From an uncultured Chloroflexia bacterium (lineage in GTDB: Bacteria; Chloroflexota; Limnocylindria; Limnocylindrales; CSP1-4), in contig CAVPEU010000026.1 of the NCBI GenBank assembly GCA_963703575.1, positions 129,850 to 193,849 of the forward strand: a DNA stretch of 64,000 nucleotides. Reading direction: 5' to 3'. The translations under genes and the position numbers were made by a program. The notes under the pieces are model-generated. The model did no database searches. It worked only from the letters and a program-made list of their open reading frames with translations, and was not told the origin of the DNA. Position 1 is the first letter of the stretch. Each line of letters starts with the position of its first letter. Of this stretch, positions 1-10,345 are shown piece after piece.

Positions 1-1
1 C

Positions 2-367
2 ATGCTCCGGGGGCGCGGGGTCGTGGTCCTGATCTCGGACCTGCTGGATCCCGGTGCGGACCGCGTGATCCGCGAGCTGGCCGCCACCGGCTCCGAGCTG
101 ATCGTCCTGCACACGCTGTCGCCGGACGAGCTGGATCCGGCCCTCGAGGGCGACCTGAGGCTGGTGGACAGCGAGACCGGCGAGGGGATCGACGTGACGG
201 TCGACCTCGCCACGCTCGACGACTACAGGGCGCGGCTGGCGGCGTGGCAGGAGTCCTTCGCGGACCTCGCCGCCAGGCGGCGGGCGTCCTACGTGCCGCT
301 GTCCACTGACGTGCCGCTGGCGGACCTCGTGTTCGCCGAGCTGCGGCGCCGGCGCGTGGTCGGGTAG
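2..367 (+). CDS. C-terminal end of a DUF58-family protein (MoxR-associated vWA-like); 5' end lies outside the window
   Basis: Conserved DUF58 tail (VLISDLLD...LIVLHTL). It ends 8 bp before a BatA-N/vWA gene, which is the usual MoxR-DUF58-BatA order. Confidence 0.7.
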   Translation: MLRGRGVVVLISDLLDPGADRVIRELAATGSELIVLHTLSPDELDPALEGDLRLVDSETGEGIDVTVDLATLDDYRARLAAWQESFADLAARRRASYVPLSTDVPLADLVFAELRRRRVVG

Positions 368-374
368 GCGCACG

Positions 375-2464
375 GTGCCGTTCCTCGCGCCGCTGGCGCT
401 GGCCGGGCTGCTGTTCCTGCCGCTCGTCGTGGCGATGTACCTGCTCAAGCTCCGGCGTGACGAGGCGCCCGTCGCGTCCACGCTGCTGTGGCAGCGGCTG
501 GTCGCGGACGTGGAGGCGAACGCGCCCTGGCAGAAGCTCCGCCGCAACCTGCTGCTGCTGCTCCAGCTGCTCCTGGTCGTGATCCTGGCGCTGCTGGCCG
601 CTCGCCCGTTCCTGGAGCGCCCGGCCGGGCTGGCCGGCGACATCGTGGTGGTGATCGACACCTCCGCCTCGATGCAGGCCACCGATGTCACGCCGAACCG
701 GCTCGAGGCCGCCAAGGCGGCGGCGATCGATGCGCTCAGGGACCTGCCCGCGGGCGGCAGGTGAGCGTGATCGAGGCCGGGCGGACGGCGAAGGTCGTGG
801 CCAACGGCACGTCCGACATCGGGCGGGTGAAGCAGGCGATCGCCGGGATCCAGGCGACGTCCGCGGTCGGTGACCTGGGCGATGCGCTGCGCCTGGCCTC
901 GGCGCTGGCGGCCCGCTCGGGCGACGCGGAAATCCTGGTGGCGACGGACGCGTCGCTCGCCAGCCCGCCGGCCGGCTCGCTGGATGCGCCGGTCCGGGTC
1001 CTCCAGGTCGGCCGGGACGGGACGAACCAGGCGATCGTCGCGCTGGCCGTGCGCACCGCGCCCAACGGGCTGACCCACTCCGCGTTCGTGTCGGTGGCGA
1101 ACCTGGGCCTGGAGATGGCCGAGCGACGGATCGAGCTGTACGCGGACGGGCAGCTCCGGGAGGCACGCACGGTCGTGCTCGACCCGCAGCGCCGGACGGA
1201 CGTCTCGATCGAGGACATCGACGACGCGGCCCATCCGGCGACCGTGGTCGAGGTGCGGCTGGCCGCGAAGGACCAGGCCTCGACCGTCGCCGCGGACGCG
1301 CTGACCGTGGACGACAGGGCCTGGGCCATCGTCCCGCCGACGCACCTGCGGACCGTGCTCCTCGTCGGCGCCGGCGACCCATACCTCGAGACCGCGCTGT
1401 CGTACCTGCCGGACACCGAGCTGTACGGCGTCACCCCGGACAGGTACGGGCCCGGCACGAAGCCGGAGCTGTTCGACCTGGTCATCTTCGAGGGGTACCT
1501 GCCCGCGGAGCTGCCGGCCAGGCCGCTGCTGGTGATCGCGCCGCCGAGGACCTCGGCGCTGGGCACCGTGACCGGCATGCTGGCCAACCCGGGCGTCGGC
1601 ACCCTCGACCCGTCCGACCCGATCCTGCGCTACGTGGACCTGTCCACCACGCACATCGCCGAGGCGAGGAAGCTGGAGCTGCCGGCCTGGGCGCGGGACG
1701 TCATCCCGGGCCCGTCCGGGTCCCCGCTGCTGTACTCGGGGACGCTCGCCGGGCGGCCCGCCGCGGTGCTGGCGTTCGAGCCCCGGCGCTCCGACCTCCC
1801 GCTCCAGGTGGCGTTCCCGGTCCTGCTGGCGAACCTCGCGGGCGAGCTGCTCGGCGGGTCGGAGACGCCCGCGGACGCCGTGGCGCCCGGTTCGCCGGTC
1901 ACGCTCGCGATCCCGGCGGGCTCGATTGGCGTGCGCGTGGAACGGCCCGACGGGTCCGTGGACGAGCTGGTGGCGCCGACGACGGCCGCGGCCAGCGTCA
2001 CGTTCGCCCGGACGGAGCAGCTGGGCGTGTACACGGTCACCGGGATCCCGGATCCGGCCGCAACGGGTTCGCCGGCTTCCTCGGGTTCGCCCGCCGCAAC
2101 GGGTTCGCCGGCGTCGGCGGCTCCCTCGCCGGCCTCCCGCCCGGCCGACCCCGGCGCTCCGCAACGCTTCGCGGTGGACCTCCTGGACGTTGACGAGTCC
2201 CGGATCGCCCCGGGCGATGCCGCGAAGCTCACTGCCCTCGGCGCGCCCGCGGCGAGCCCGGGCGCCAGCCCCGGCACCGGCACCGGAACCACCGCGCCGT
2301 CCCGGCCCAACGCACGCGACGAGTTGTGGGTCCCGATCCTGCTGCTCGCCCTCCTCGTGCTCACGGCGGAGTGGCTCGTCTACGAGCGCGACACGCTGGC
2401 GCGCCTCCGGCGCGCCGTCTCGGGCCGGCTGCGTGGCCCGCGGGCCACCGGCGGGGGCGCGTGA
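375..2464 (+). CDS. BatA-N (aerotolerance-type N-terminal TM) plus von Willebrand factor A domain protein; reading frame is interrupted near 758-764
   Basis: GTG start. BatA_N motif LFLPLVVAMYLLKLRR and the MIDAS motif DIVVVIDTSASM lie in frame 0 up to TGA at 762-764. The same vWA domain continues in the -1 frame (QVSVIEAGRTAKVV...GDLGDALRLA) through to 2464. The tail is Pro/Ser/Ala-rich. A single vWA domain split across two frames points to a 1-nt indel. Confidence 0.75.
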
Positions 2465-5394
2465 TGGGGGTCTCGTTCGACGCGCCGCTCGCCCTGGCGC
2501 TGCTGCCGGTCCTGGTCGCCGTCGTGCTGGTGCTGCACATGGCGTCGAGGCGCCGGTTGGGCCGGGGCAGGCGGCGGGCGGCGCTGGCGATCCGCGTGCT
2601 GCTGCTGTCCGCGCTCGTCGCGGCCCTGGCCGGCCTCCAGCTCGTGCTGCCGGTGGACCGCCTGGCCGTCGTGTTCGTGGTGGACCTGTCCGATTCCGTG
2701 GGCACCGCCGGGCGCGAGGAGGCGCTCGCCTACCTGCGCAACTCGCTGGCCGGGAAGCGGGACGATGACGTCGCGGGGATCGTTGCCTTCGGCGGCGACG
2801 CGCTGGTCGAGCGCCTGCCGTCCGACCTCGCCGAGGTCGACCGGATCGCGTCCACGCCCGTCAGGGGCGCCACGGACATCGGGGCGGCACTGCGGCTCGC
2901 CGGCGCGCTGTTCCCGGACGAGGCCCAGAAGCGGATCGTGCTCCTCACCGACGGCAACGACACGACCGGGTCCGGCCAGACGGAGGCCGCACTCGCGGCC
3001 GCCCGGGGCATCCAGGTGGATACGGTGCTGACCGGCCTCGCCGGCCGGGACGAGGTCCTGGCCGAGCGCCTCGCGGCCCCGTCCACGGCGCGCCTGGGGG
3101 AGGCGATCGAGGTCTCCGGGGACATCACTTCCACGGTCGCCCAGCCGGCCACGATCCGGCTGTTCGTCAACGGCGAGCTGGCCAGGACGCAGGCCATGGA
3201 CCTCGCCCAGGGCGCCAACAGGGTCGCCTTCAGCTTCACGCCGGACGAGGCCGGGTTCCTCCGCTTCCGGATCGTCGTGGAGGCCGCCCGTGACACGTTC
3301 AACCAGAACGACCGGGCGGACGCCAACACGATCGTCAAGGGCGAGCCCCGGGTACTCGTCGTGCAGGGGGACCGGGAGGTCGCGGCCGACCTCGTGACGG
3401 CGCTCCGCGCCGAGCGGCAGACCGTGGACACGGTGATCCCCGAAGCCCTGCCGTCCGACCTCGCGGGGCTCGCCGACTACGACTCGATCGTGCTCGTGGA
3501 CGTCCCGCGGCTGCGTCTCACGGACCCGGCGATGGCGGCGCTCCAGGTCTACGTCAGGGACCTGGGACGGGGGCTGGTGATGATCGGCGGGCCCCGCAGC
3601 TACGGCGCGGGCGGATACACGGACACGCCGCTCGAGGAGACGCTGCCGGTGGACATGGGCGTCCGCGATCGACAGAAGCAGCCGGACGTCGCGCTCGTCG
3701 TGGTGATCGACAAGTCGGGCTCCATGGATGCCTGCCACTGCAACAGCTTCAACGGCGGGATGGGCGGCGGGACGGCGGGCATCGCCGGCGTCCGGAAGGT
3801 GGACATCGGCAAGGAGGCGATCCTGCGGGCCGCCTCCGCGCTGACGAGCCAGGACGAGCTGGGCGTGGTCGCCTTCGACGCGTCCGCGCACTGGGTCGTC
3901 AGGACCGCGCCGCTGGGTGGCCTCGCGGACCTCCAGGCCGAGATCGCCGCCATCCAGCCGGATGGCCAGACCAACATCTTCGCGGGCCTGGACCAGGCGG
4001 TGCAGTCGCTCAGGAGCACGAGCGCGACGCGGCGCCACATCATCCTGCTGACCGACGGCTGGTCCAGCAGCGGCCAGTACGACGACATCCTCAAGCAGAT
4101 GAAGGCGGCCGGGATCACGCTGTCCACGGTCGGTGCGGGAGGGGGCGCGAACCCGTTCCTGGAGCAGCTGGCGAAGAAGGGCGGCGGCCGGTTCTACGAC
4201 GCCGCGAACCCGGCCTCGATCCCGGACATCTTCCTCAAGGAGACCCAGCAGGTCTCGGGGCAGCAGATCGTCGAGGAGGCCTTCTTCCCGATCCTGACCT
4301 CGAGCTCGCCGATCCTGCGCGGCATCGACGACGGGCTGCCGCGGCTGCTGGGCTACAACGGCACGACGGCGAAGGCGGCCGCCCAGACGGTGCTGGTCAG
4401 CGCGCGCGACGACCCGCTGCTCGCCCAGTGGCAGTACGGCCTGGGCCGCGCGGTTGCCTGGACGTCGGACACGACCGGTCGCTGGGCGAAGAGCTGGATC
4501 CCGTGGCAGGGCTTCTCGAGGTTCCTGGGCCAGATGGTCGGCTGGACGTTCCCGGGCGAGGAGAGCGGCGGCATCGAGGCAGCGCTCGTCGACCGGGGCG
4601 GACGGAGCTACCTGCGGGTGGAGAGCGTCAACAGCGACGGCTCGCCGCGCGACTTCTACGCCACCAGCGTCGCGATGATCGGACCGGACCTTGCCACGAC
4701 CACCGTGAGCCTGAGCCAGGTGGCGCCCGGTGTCTACGAGTCGCCGCTGGCCAACCTGGACAGCGGCGCCTACGCGGTGCGCGTGACGCAGACGAAGCCC
4801 GGGGCCGCGGCGCTGGGCCGGACCCTCGGCCTGGTGGCCCCCACGGCGGCCGAGTACCGGCTCCTGGGCGCCAACCAGCCCCTGCTGGCGGCGATCCGGG
4901 CGGCGACCGGCGGCTCCGTCGTGGCGGCGCCGGCGGACGCCTGGGCGCACGACCTGCGCACCACCAGCCAGCCCACCGATCTCCGGCCGTGGCTGCTGGT
5001 GCTGGCGCTGCTGCTGTGGCCGCTGGACGTCGCCCTCCGGCGGGTCTCGCTCGGGCGCCGCGAGCTGGCCGATGGTCGTCGCTGGGTGGCCGACCGGGTG
5101 CTCGGGCGGCGGGTCGCCGTCCGGACGAAGCCCGTGGAGGGGATGCTGGCCGCGAGGGACCGGGCCGGCTCCGCAGGTGCCCGGTCGGCGATCCTGCGGG
5201 AGGCCGCGGAGCGGGCTTCTTCGCGCCCCGGCGCGGCCGAGCCGGTTCGCCCCGCGCGCTCCGCGGCCGGCGCGGCGGCGGCGGCGCCCGCTCCTCCGCC
5301 CCAGGCTTCCGTCCCGGCTTCCGCCCCGGAGGACCCGCCCGACCGGGACACCCTGGCCCGCCTGCGCGACGCGAAGCGCCGGACCCGCGACTGA
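2464..5394 (+). CDS. Large membrane protein with two vWA domains and a ThuA/GATase1-like middle domain (BatB-like)
   Basis: ATG overlaps the upstream TGA (ATGA). N-terminal TM helices; vWA1 (VVFVVDLSDSVG); a ThuA-like block (RVLVVQGDREV...LVMIGG); vWA2 (VALVVVIDKSGSMD...ILLTDG); C-terminal TM (WLLVLALLLWPL) and an Ala/Pro-rich tail. Confidence 0.8.
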   Translation: MGVSFDAPLALALLPVLVAVVLVLHMASRRRLGRGRRRAALAIRVLLLSALVAALAGLQLVLPVDRLAVVFVVDLSDSVGTAGREEALAYLRNSLAGKRDDDVAGIVAFGGDALVERLPSDLAEVDRIASTPVRGATDIGAALRLAGALFPDEAQKRIVLLTDGNDTTGSGQTEAALAAARGIQVDTVLTGLAGRDEVLAERLAAPSTARLGEAIEVSGDITSTVAQPATIRLFVNGELARTQAMDLAQGANRVAFSFTPDEAGFLRFRIVVEAARDTFNQNDRADANTIVKGEPRVLVVQGDREVAADLVTALRAERQTVDTVIPEALPSDLAGLADYDSIVLVDVPRLRLTDPAMAALQVYVRDLGRGLVMIGGPRSYGAGGYTDTPLEETLPVDMGVRDRQKQPDVALVVVIDKSGSMDACHCNSFNGGMGGGTAGIAGVRKVDIGKEAILRAASALTSQDELGVVAFDASAHWVVRTAPLGGLADLQAEIAAIQPDGQTNIFAGLDQAVQSLRSTSATRRHIILLTDGWSSSGQYDDILKQMKAAGITLSTVGAGGGANPFLEQLAKKGGGRFYDAANPASIPDIFLKETQQVSGQQIVEEAFFPILTSSSPILRGIDDGLPRLLGYNGTTAKAAAQTVLVSARDDPLLAQWQYGLGRAVAWTSDTTGRWAKSWIPWQGFSRFLGQMVGWTFPGEESGGIEAALVDRGGRSYLRVESVNSDGSPRDFYATSVAMIGPDLATTTVSLSQVAPGVYESPLANLDSGAYAVRVTQTKPGAAALGRTLGLVAPTAAEYRLLGANQPLLAAIRAATGGSVVAAPADAWAHDLRTTSQPTDLRPWLLVLALLLWPLDVALRRVSLGRRELADGRRWVADRVLGRRVAVRTKPVEGMLAARDRAGSAGARSAILREAAERASSRPGAAEPVRPARSAAGAAAAAPAPPPQASVPASAPEDPPDRDTLARLRDAKRRTRD

Positions 5395-5468
5395 CCAGCC
5401 GACGGGGACCCGGGCCCGCCGGACGCAGGGATGCCGCGCGCGGCCGGCGCCGGTGCTAGCCTCCCGCC

Positions 5469-5972
5469 ATGGCTCCGTCACCCGCGGGCCGCCGGCACGG
5501 CGGCCCGACCGCGTCCGTCGCGCGCCGCGCCCGGGCCGTCCTCCTCGCCCTGCCCCTCGCCCTCGCGGCCTGCGGCACGATCTCGACCACCCCGCCGCCC
5601 GCCACGCCGACGGACTTTCCCGGTCTCACCGGGCGCCTCAGCGCGGTGAAGATCACGGTCAGCGCCTACGTCTCGGGAGACGCCGGGTGCGCGGACCCGG
5701 ACCTCGTGCCGGCGGCCATCAGCTTCCATGCCCAGGGCCTGGACCAGGCGACGCCGGTGAAGCTGTACCTGTACGTGTTCCGCGATCGGCCGGCGTTCGA
5801 GCGCCACCTCGACCAGGTGGGGCCGTGTGCCCGGTCGTGGGTCACGGATCCGGAAAGGTACGAGCAGGTCGAGCAGTCCCCGTACGTGCTGGCCGGCCAG
5901 GGGCCATGGGGCACCGCGTTCGGGGCCACGCTGCGGACGGTGCTGCAGCAGGCGGCCGGCACCGGCGGCTGA
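5469..5972 (+). CDS. Putative lipoprotein of unknown function
   Basis: N-terminal signal peptide with lipobox LALAAC. No recognisable catalytic motif. RBS is weak. Confidence 0.5.
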   Translation: MAPSPAGRRHGGPTASVARRARAVLLALPLALAACGTISTTPPPATPTDFPGLTGRLSAVKITVSAYVSGDAGCADPDLVPAAISFHAQGLDQATPVKLYLYVFRDRPAFERHLDQVGPCARSWVTDPERYEQVEQSPYVLAGQGPWGTAFGATLRTVLQQAAGTGG

Positions 5973-6086
5973 TCCCCGGGGCCTCGGTACCTGCCGGGAC
6001 ACGCGTCCCGCGTGTTCGAGCCCCTCCACCGGGTAGCCCGGCCACCGGCTCCACCGGGTGTCCCGGCCACCGGCGTCGGCGAGTCC

Positions 6087-7253
6087 TCAGACCACGCGCA
6101 GGCCGAGGATCCGCCTGGCGATCACGAGCCGCTGCACCTGGCTCGTCCCCTCGCCGATCTCGGTCAGCTTCGCGTCCCGCAGGTAGCGCTCCACCTTGTA
6201 GTCCTCGGTGTAGCCGTACCCCCCGTGGACCTGGAGCGCGGCGTTCGTCACCCGGGACGACATCTCGGACGCGAACAGCTTGGCCTGGGCAGCGGCAAGG
6301 TGATAGTCGCGACCCTGGTCCTTCAGCCACGCGGCGTGATGGACGAGCCCGCGGGCGGCCTCGATCTCGGTCGCCATGTCGGCGATCATGAACGCGACGC
6401 CCTGGAACGAACCGATCGGCCGGCCGAACTGCTCGCGCGTCCTGGCGTACGGAACGGCCGCATCGAACGCCGCCTCCGCCAGGCCGAGCGCCAGCGCCCC
6501 GATCGAGATCCGGCCGCCGTCGAGCACCTTGAGGAACGCCCGGAACCCGGATCCCTCGTCGCCCAGCATGTTGGCCGCGGGCACCCGGACGCCGTCGAAA
6601 TGGAGCTCCCCCGTCGCCGACGCGTGGAGTCCCATCTTGTCCTCGAGCCGCCCGACGCCGAAGCCGGGGGTATCCGCCGGGACGATGAACGCGGAGATCA
6701 TGGCGCTGCCGTCGGCGTGGGTGCCGGTGCGCGCCGAGACGATGTAGGTCCCCGCCTGCCCGGCGTTGGTGATGAACCGCTTCTGCCCGTCGATGACCCA
6801 GGTCCCGCCATCCGGGCCGGCCTCGTGGCGGGCAGTGGTCCGGGTGCCGCCGGCGTCGGAGCCCGCGGTCGCCTCCGTGAGCCCGTACGCGCCCAGCACG
6901 CGACCGCTCGCCAGCGGCGGCAGGAACCGGTCGCGCTGCTCGTCCGTGCCCGCGATCAGCAGCGGTCCACAGCCCAGGCTGGTGTGGGCCGCCACGATCA
7001 GCCCCAGCGAGCCCCACACCCGCCCGATCTCCTCGACGGCGATCGCGTACGCGAGCGTGTCCATGCCGGCGCCGCCCCACCGCTCCGGGACGTTGATCCC
7101 GAGCCAGCCGAGGTCGGCGATCCTGCGGACGATCTCCGTGGGGAACCGGCGGGCACGCTCGTGCTCGTCGACGACGGGAGCCACCTCGGTGGCCATGAAC
7201 TCGCGAATGGTGTCCCGGAGCAGGAGGTGGTCGGGCGACAGGTCGAGGTCCAT
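6087..7253 (-). CDS. Acyl-CoA dehydrogenase
   Basis: Full-length ACAD fold (MDLDLSPDHLLLRD...GGYGYTEDYKVERYLRDAKLTEIGEGTSQVQRLVIAR). The real start MDLDL lies well inside the longer ORF listed in the track. Confidence 0.9.
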   Translation of the reverse strand: MDLDLSPDHLLLRDTIREFMATEVAPVVDEHERARRFPTEIVRRIADLGWLGINVPERWGGAGMDTLAYAIAVEEIGRVWGSLGLIVAAHTSLGCGPLLIAGTDEQRDRFLPPLASGRVLGAYGLTEATAGSDAGGTRTTARHEAGPDGGTWVIDGQKRFITNAGQAGTYIVSARTGTHADGSAMISAFIVPADTPGFGVGRLEDKMGLHASATGELHFDGVRVPAANMLGDEGSGFRAFLKVLDGGRISIGALALGLAEAAFDAAVPYARTREQFGRPIGSFQGVAFMIADMATEIEAARGLVHHAAWLKDQGRDYHLAAAQAKLFASEMSSRVTNAALQVHGGYGYTEDYKVERYLRDAKLTEIGEGTSQVQRLVIARRILGLRVV

Positions 7254-7412
7254 GGCGCGAGCGTAGCACCGCGAGCGGCGCGCGCCGGAGGCGGCGGGCA
7301 CGACCCGGAGGGTCGGTCGGCGGGGGCCACCGTGCCGAAGGGCCGCCGGCGCGGCAGGCTGGACGGCCCGATCCCGACGCCCGGCGCCGGTTCTTGCTAG
7401 CCTCTGCCCGGC

Positions 7413-8108
7413 ATGCCCGAGCCGGTCGTCCCGTCCGTGACCCCATCCGCCACAGCACCCATCGCCGGATCGCCGTCCGCGCTCCGCCGGGCGATCCTGC
7501 TGCACCTCCGGCGGACCGGCCCGGCCTCGCCCTCCGCGATCGCCGCCGCGCTGGGCGCGAGCCGCAGCGGCGTCTCCCAGCAGCTCCGTGCGCTGGACGG
7601 CGTCGGCCTCGTCGCCCGGACCGCGGTGCGCCATGGGGTCGGCCGGCCGCGCCACCTGTACGACGTCACCCCCGACGCGCAGGACCTGTTCCCGACCAAC
7701 TACGACGGCCTGGCGACGGGGCTGCTGGCGGCGATCGTGGAGATCGGCGGCGACGCGCTGCTGGACGAGGTGTTCGCGGCGCGGCGGCGCCAGGCGGAGT
7801 CGGCGCTGCGCGACCGGATGACCGCCGCGATGTCGCCGGACGCGCCCCTTGCGGAACGAGTCCGCGAGCTCGCCCGGATCCAGGACGAGCTCGGCTACCT
7901 CTCCGAGGCGGTCGTCGATGACGGCGAGATCCGCCTCATCGAGCACAACTGCGCGGTGCTCAACGTCGCCAGGGGAAGCGCGGCCGCGTGCGCCGCGGAG
8001 CTGGACCTGTTCCGCGGCGTGCTGGGCGCGGACGTGGAACGGCGGCAGCACATCGCGCTCGGCGATCGCTGCTGCGAATACCGGGTGTCGGCCCCGTCCG
8101 GGGCCTGA
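7413..8108 (+). CDS. ArsR/SufR-like winged-helix transcriptional regulator with a Cys-containing C-terminal domain
   Basis: wHTH segment (LRRTGPASPSAIAAALGASRSGVSQQLRALDGVGLV), then a C-terminal region with HNC, AACA and RCC cysteines. Divergent from the ACAD gene. Confidence 0.65.
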   Translation: MPEPVVPSVTPSATAPIAGSPSALRRAILLHLRRTGPASPSAIAAALGASRSGVSQQLRALDGVGLVARTAVRHGVGRPRHLYDVTPDAQDLFPTNYDGLATGLLAAIVEIGGDALLDEVFAARRRQAESALRDRMTAAMSPDAPLAERVRELARIQDELGYLSEAVVDDGEIRLIEHNCAVLNVARGSAAACAAELDLFRGVLGADVERRQHIALGDRCCEYRVSAPSGA

Positions 8109-8156
8109 CCGGGGCCGTCCTTCCCGGGATCCGCCCGGAACCGGGCCAGCCGCCCC

Positions 8157-9212
8157 CTACGCTTCCTCGCGCTCCACGACCTCGCGAGGCACGGGCTCGC
8201 GTCGGGGCACCGGCACGTCCGAGACGTTGGGAACGAACGAGGCCGCGAGCGAGGTCGCGGCGATCTGCTCCTGCTGCTCGACGGACAGGATGCCGAGGCG
8301 GCCCAGCGTGGCGAGCTCGTCGCGGATGTACGTCTTGAGCATCTCGGGTCCGTCCGTGCTGATCGTGTAGCGCACGCCGTTGCGGCGGAACTGGTCCAGG
8401 ATCCAGCGGAACTCCTCCCAGCCGGATACCACGCCGGTGTTCAGGTTCGAGGTCGGACAGATCTCGAGCACGATCCCGCGTTCCCGGAGCATCGCCATCG
8501 CGCGCGGATCGTAGGCCGCCTTCACCCCGTGGCCGATCCGGTCCGGCTCCAGGAGCTCGATGACCTGGGCGACCTCGTCAACGGGTCCCGACTCGCCGGT
8601 GTGGATCGTGATCCCCAGCCCGTACTGGCGGGCGCGGCGGAACAGGCGGCGATAGTCGGCCACCCGGAACGTGGCCGACTCCGGGCCGGCGATGTCGACG
8701 CCGACCACGCCCCGGTCCCGCCACGCGATCGCCTTGTCGGCGATGATCTCGTTGAGCTCGTAGGGAAAGGCGCGGTCCAGGCAGAAGATCAGCCCGGGCT
8801 TGACCGGGTACTCCAGGGTCGCCTTGTCCATGCCCCGGACGGCGGCCGCGATGATGTGGTCCAGGTCCTGCTCGCCGCCCCGGTTTCGCTTCATCGGGTT
8901 GAAGCGGAGCTCGGTGGTGGTGATGTTGTTCTTGCGGTACGCCCCGCCGATGACCTCGTACACCGCGCGCTCGACGGCGATGGGGCTGGACTGGATCAGC
9001 TCCGTCCAGTGGAACAGCTGCAGGTACCCGTCGAAGCTCTTGGGACGCCGTGGATGGACGGTGATCAGGTCCCGGAAGTCCCAGTAGTCCCGGGTCGGGA
9101 GCTTGATGCCCTGCGCGTGGGCGATCGACCACATGATGGCCGGCGTCACGGCCGCACCCAGGTGGCAGTGCAGGTCCGCCAGCGGGACCTTGCGGCTGAG
9201 GTGGGCGGTCAT
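8157..9212 (-). CDS. add: Adenosine deaminase
   Basis: Metal-dependent hydrolase signature LHCHLGAAVTP; also TIHTGESG and SVSTDGP-like motifs. Full length, 351 aa. Confidence 0.9.
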   Translation of the reverse strand: MTAHLSRKVPLADLHCHLGAAVTPAIMWSIAHAQGIKLPTRDYWDFRDLITVHPRRPKSFDGYLQLFHWTELIQSSPIAVERAVYEVIGGAYRKNNITTTELRFNPMKRNRGGEQDLDHIIAAAVRGMDKATLEYPVKPGLIFCLDRAFPYELNEIIADKAIAWRDRGVVGVDIAGPESATFRVADYRRLFRRARQYGLGITIHTGESGPVDEVAQVIELLEPDRIGHGVKAAYDPRAMAMLRERGIVLEICPTSNLNTGVVSGWEEFRWILDQFRRNGVRYTISTDGPEMLKTYIRDELATLGRLGILSVEQQEQIAATSLAASFVPNVSDVPVPRREPVPREVVEREEA

Positions 9213-9288
9213 CGGTGCGAAGGATAGCCGAGCCGGTGGCCGGGCAACCGATCCGGCCGCCGGGCGGTCCGGCGGAACGACGGCGTCG

Positions 9289-10341
9289 TCAACCCGCCGC
9301 CGGGACGACGCGACCCTGCGCGTCCAGCGTCGCGCGGCGGCGCAGGGCCCTGAGCTCCGCGCCCGGGACCTGGTCGCGTGCGTGGTAGCTCGAGCGCACG
9401 AGCGGGCCCGACTCCACGTGCTTGAAGCCGAGCGCGAGCGCCTCCGCCTTCATCTCGGCGAACTCGTCGGGGTGGTAGTAGCGCGCGAGCGGGAGATGGT
9501 CCAGCGTCGGGCGCAGGTACTGGCCGATGGTGAGGATGTCGACGTCCACCTCGCGCAGGGCGACGAAGCACTCCGTCATCTCGTCCCGCGTCTCGCCCAG
9601 GCCGACCATCAGGCTGCTCTTGGTGTGGACCTCGTGGCCGTACTCCGCGGCGTACGCCTTCGCGCGTTCGAGGACCGAGAGCGTCCGGTCCCAGCGGGCC
9701 CGCTTGCGGACCGGCTTCTGGAGCCGCTTCACGGTTTCGAGGTTGTGGTTGAGGATGTCCGGACCCGCCTCCATGACCGTCCGCAGGGGGAGCTCCTCAC
9801 CGTTGAAGTCCGGGATCAGGACCTCGACGCCCATGCCCGGGCTCCGCTGGCGCAGCTCGCGGATCGTCGCGGCAAAGGCGCCGGCTCCGCCGTCGGGGAG
9901 GTCGTCTCGGGCGACGCTGGTGACCACGACGTGGTCCAGGTTCATGGCCGCGACGGCCTCCGCGACCCGGCGCGGCTCGTCGTCGTCGAACCAGGTGGGC
10001 TTGCCCGTCCTGATCGCGCAGAAGCCGCAGGCCCGGGTGCAGGTGTCGCCCAGGATCATGACCGTCGCGGTGCGCTGGTCCCAGCACTCCCCGATGTTCG
10101 GGCAGTGGGCCTCCTCGCACACGGTGTTGAGGTTCAGGCCGCGGAGCAGGTCCTTCAGGTCGTGGTAGTTGTCGCCGGACGGCATGCGGGCCTTGACCCA
10201 GTCCGGGTGGCGGCGGAGGGCCGTGCTCCCGTCCGCGGCGGGGCCGAAGGTGCCGCCGCCCATCGCGATGGAGATCGCGTCAGGCGCGGCGTGGTGCGCG
10301 TGGACGGGGGTGGGGTCGAAGATCGGAAGCTCGCGTGCCAT
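9289..10341 (-). CDS. lipA: Lipoyl synthase
   Basis: Radical SAM CxxxCxxC (CTRACGFCAIRTG) plus the auxiliary Cys cluster (CEEAHCPNIGEC). Start MARELPIF sits 4 nt after the E2 stop. Confidence 0.9.
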   Translation of the reverse strand: MARELPIFDPTPVHAHHAAPDAISIAMGGGTFGPAADGSTALRRHPDWVKARMPSGDNYHDLKDLLRGLNLNTVCEEAHCPNIGECWDQRTATVMILGDTCTRACGFCAIRTGKPTWFDDDEPRRVAEAVAAMNLDHVVVTSVARDDLPDGGAGAFAATIRELRQRSPGMGVEVLIPDFNGEELPLRTVMEAGPDILNHNLETVKRLQKPVRKRARWDRTLSVLERAKAYAAEYGHEVHTKSSLMVGLGETRDEMTECFVALREVDVDILTIGQYLRPTLDHLPLARYYHPDEFAEMKAEALALGFKHVESGPLVRSSYHARDQVPGAELRALRRRATLDAQGRVVPAAG

Positions 10342-10345
10342 GGAA

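Noticed and set aside
2380-5481. 1033-aa minus-strand ORF antisense to the large vWA gene
   Set aside because: It has no domain content and Arg/Gly/Pro-dominated composition. This is the typical open antisense frame of a 72% GC gene. The plus-strand protein has clear vWA and TM architecture.
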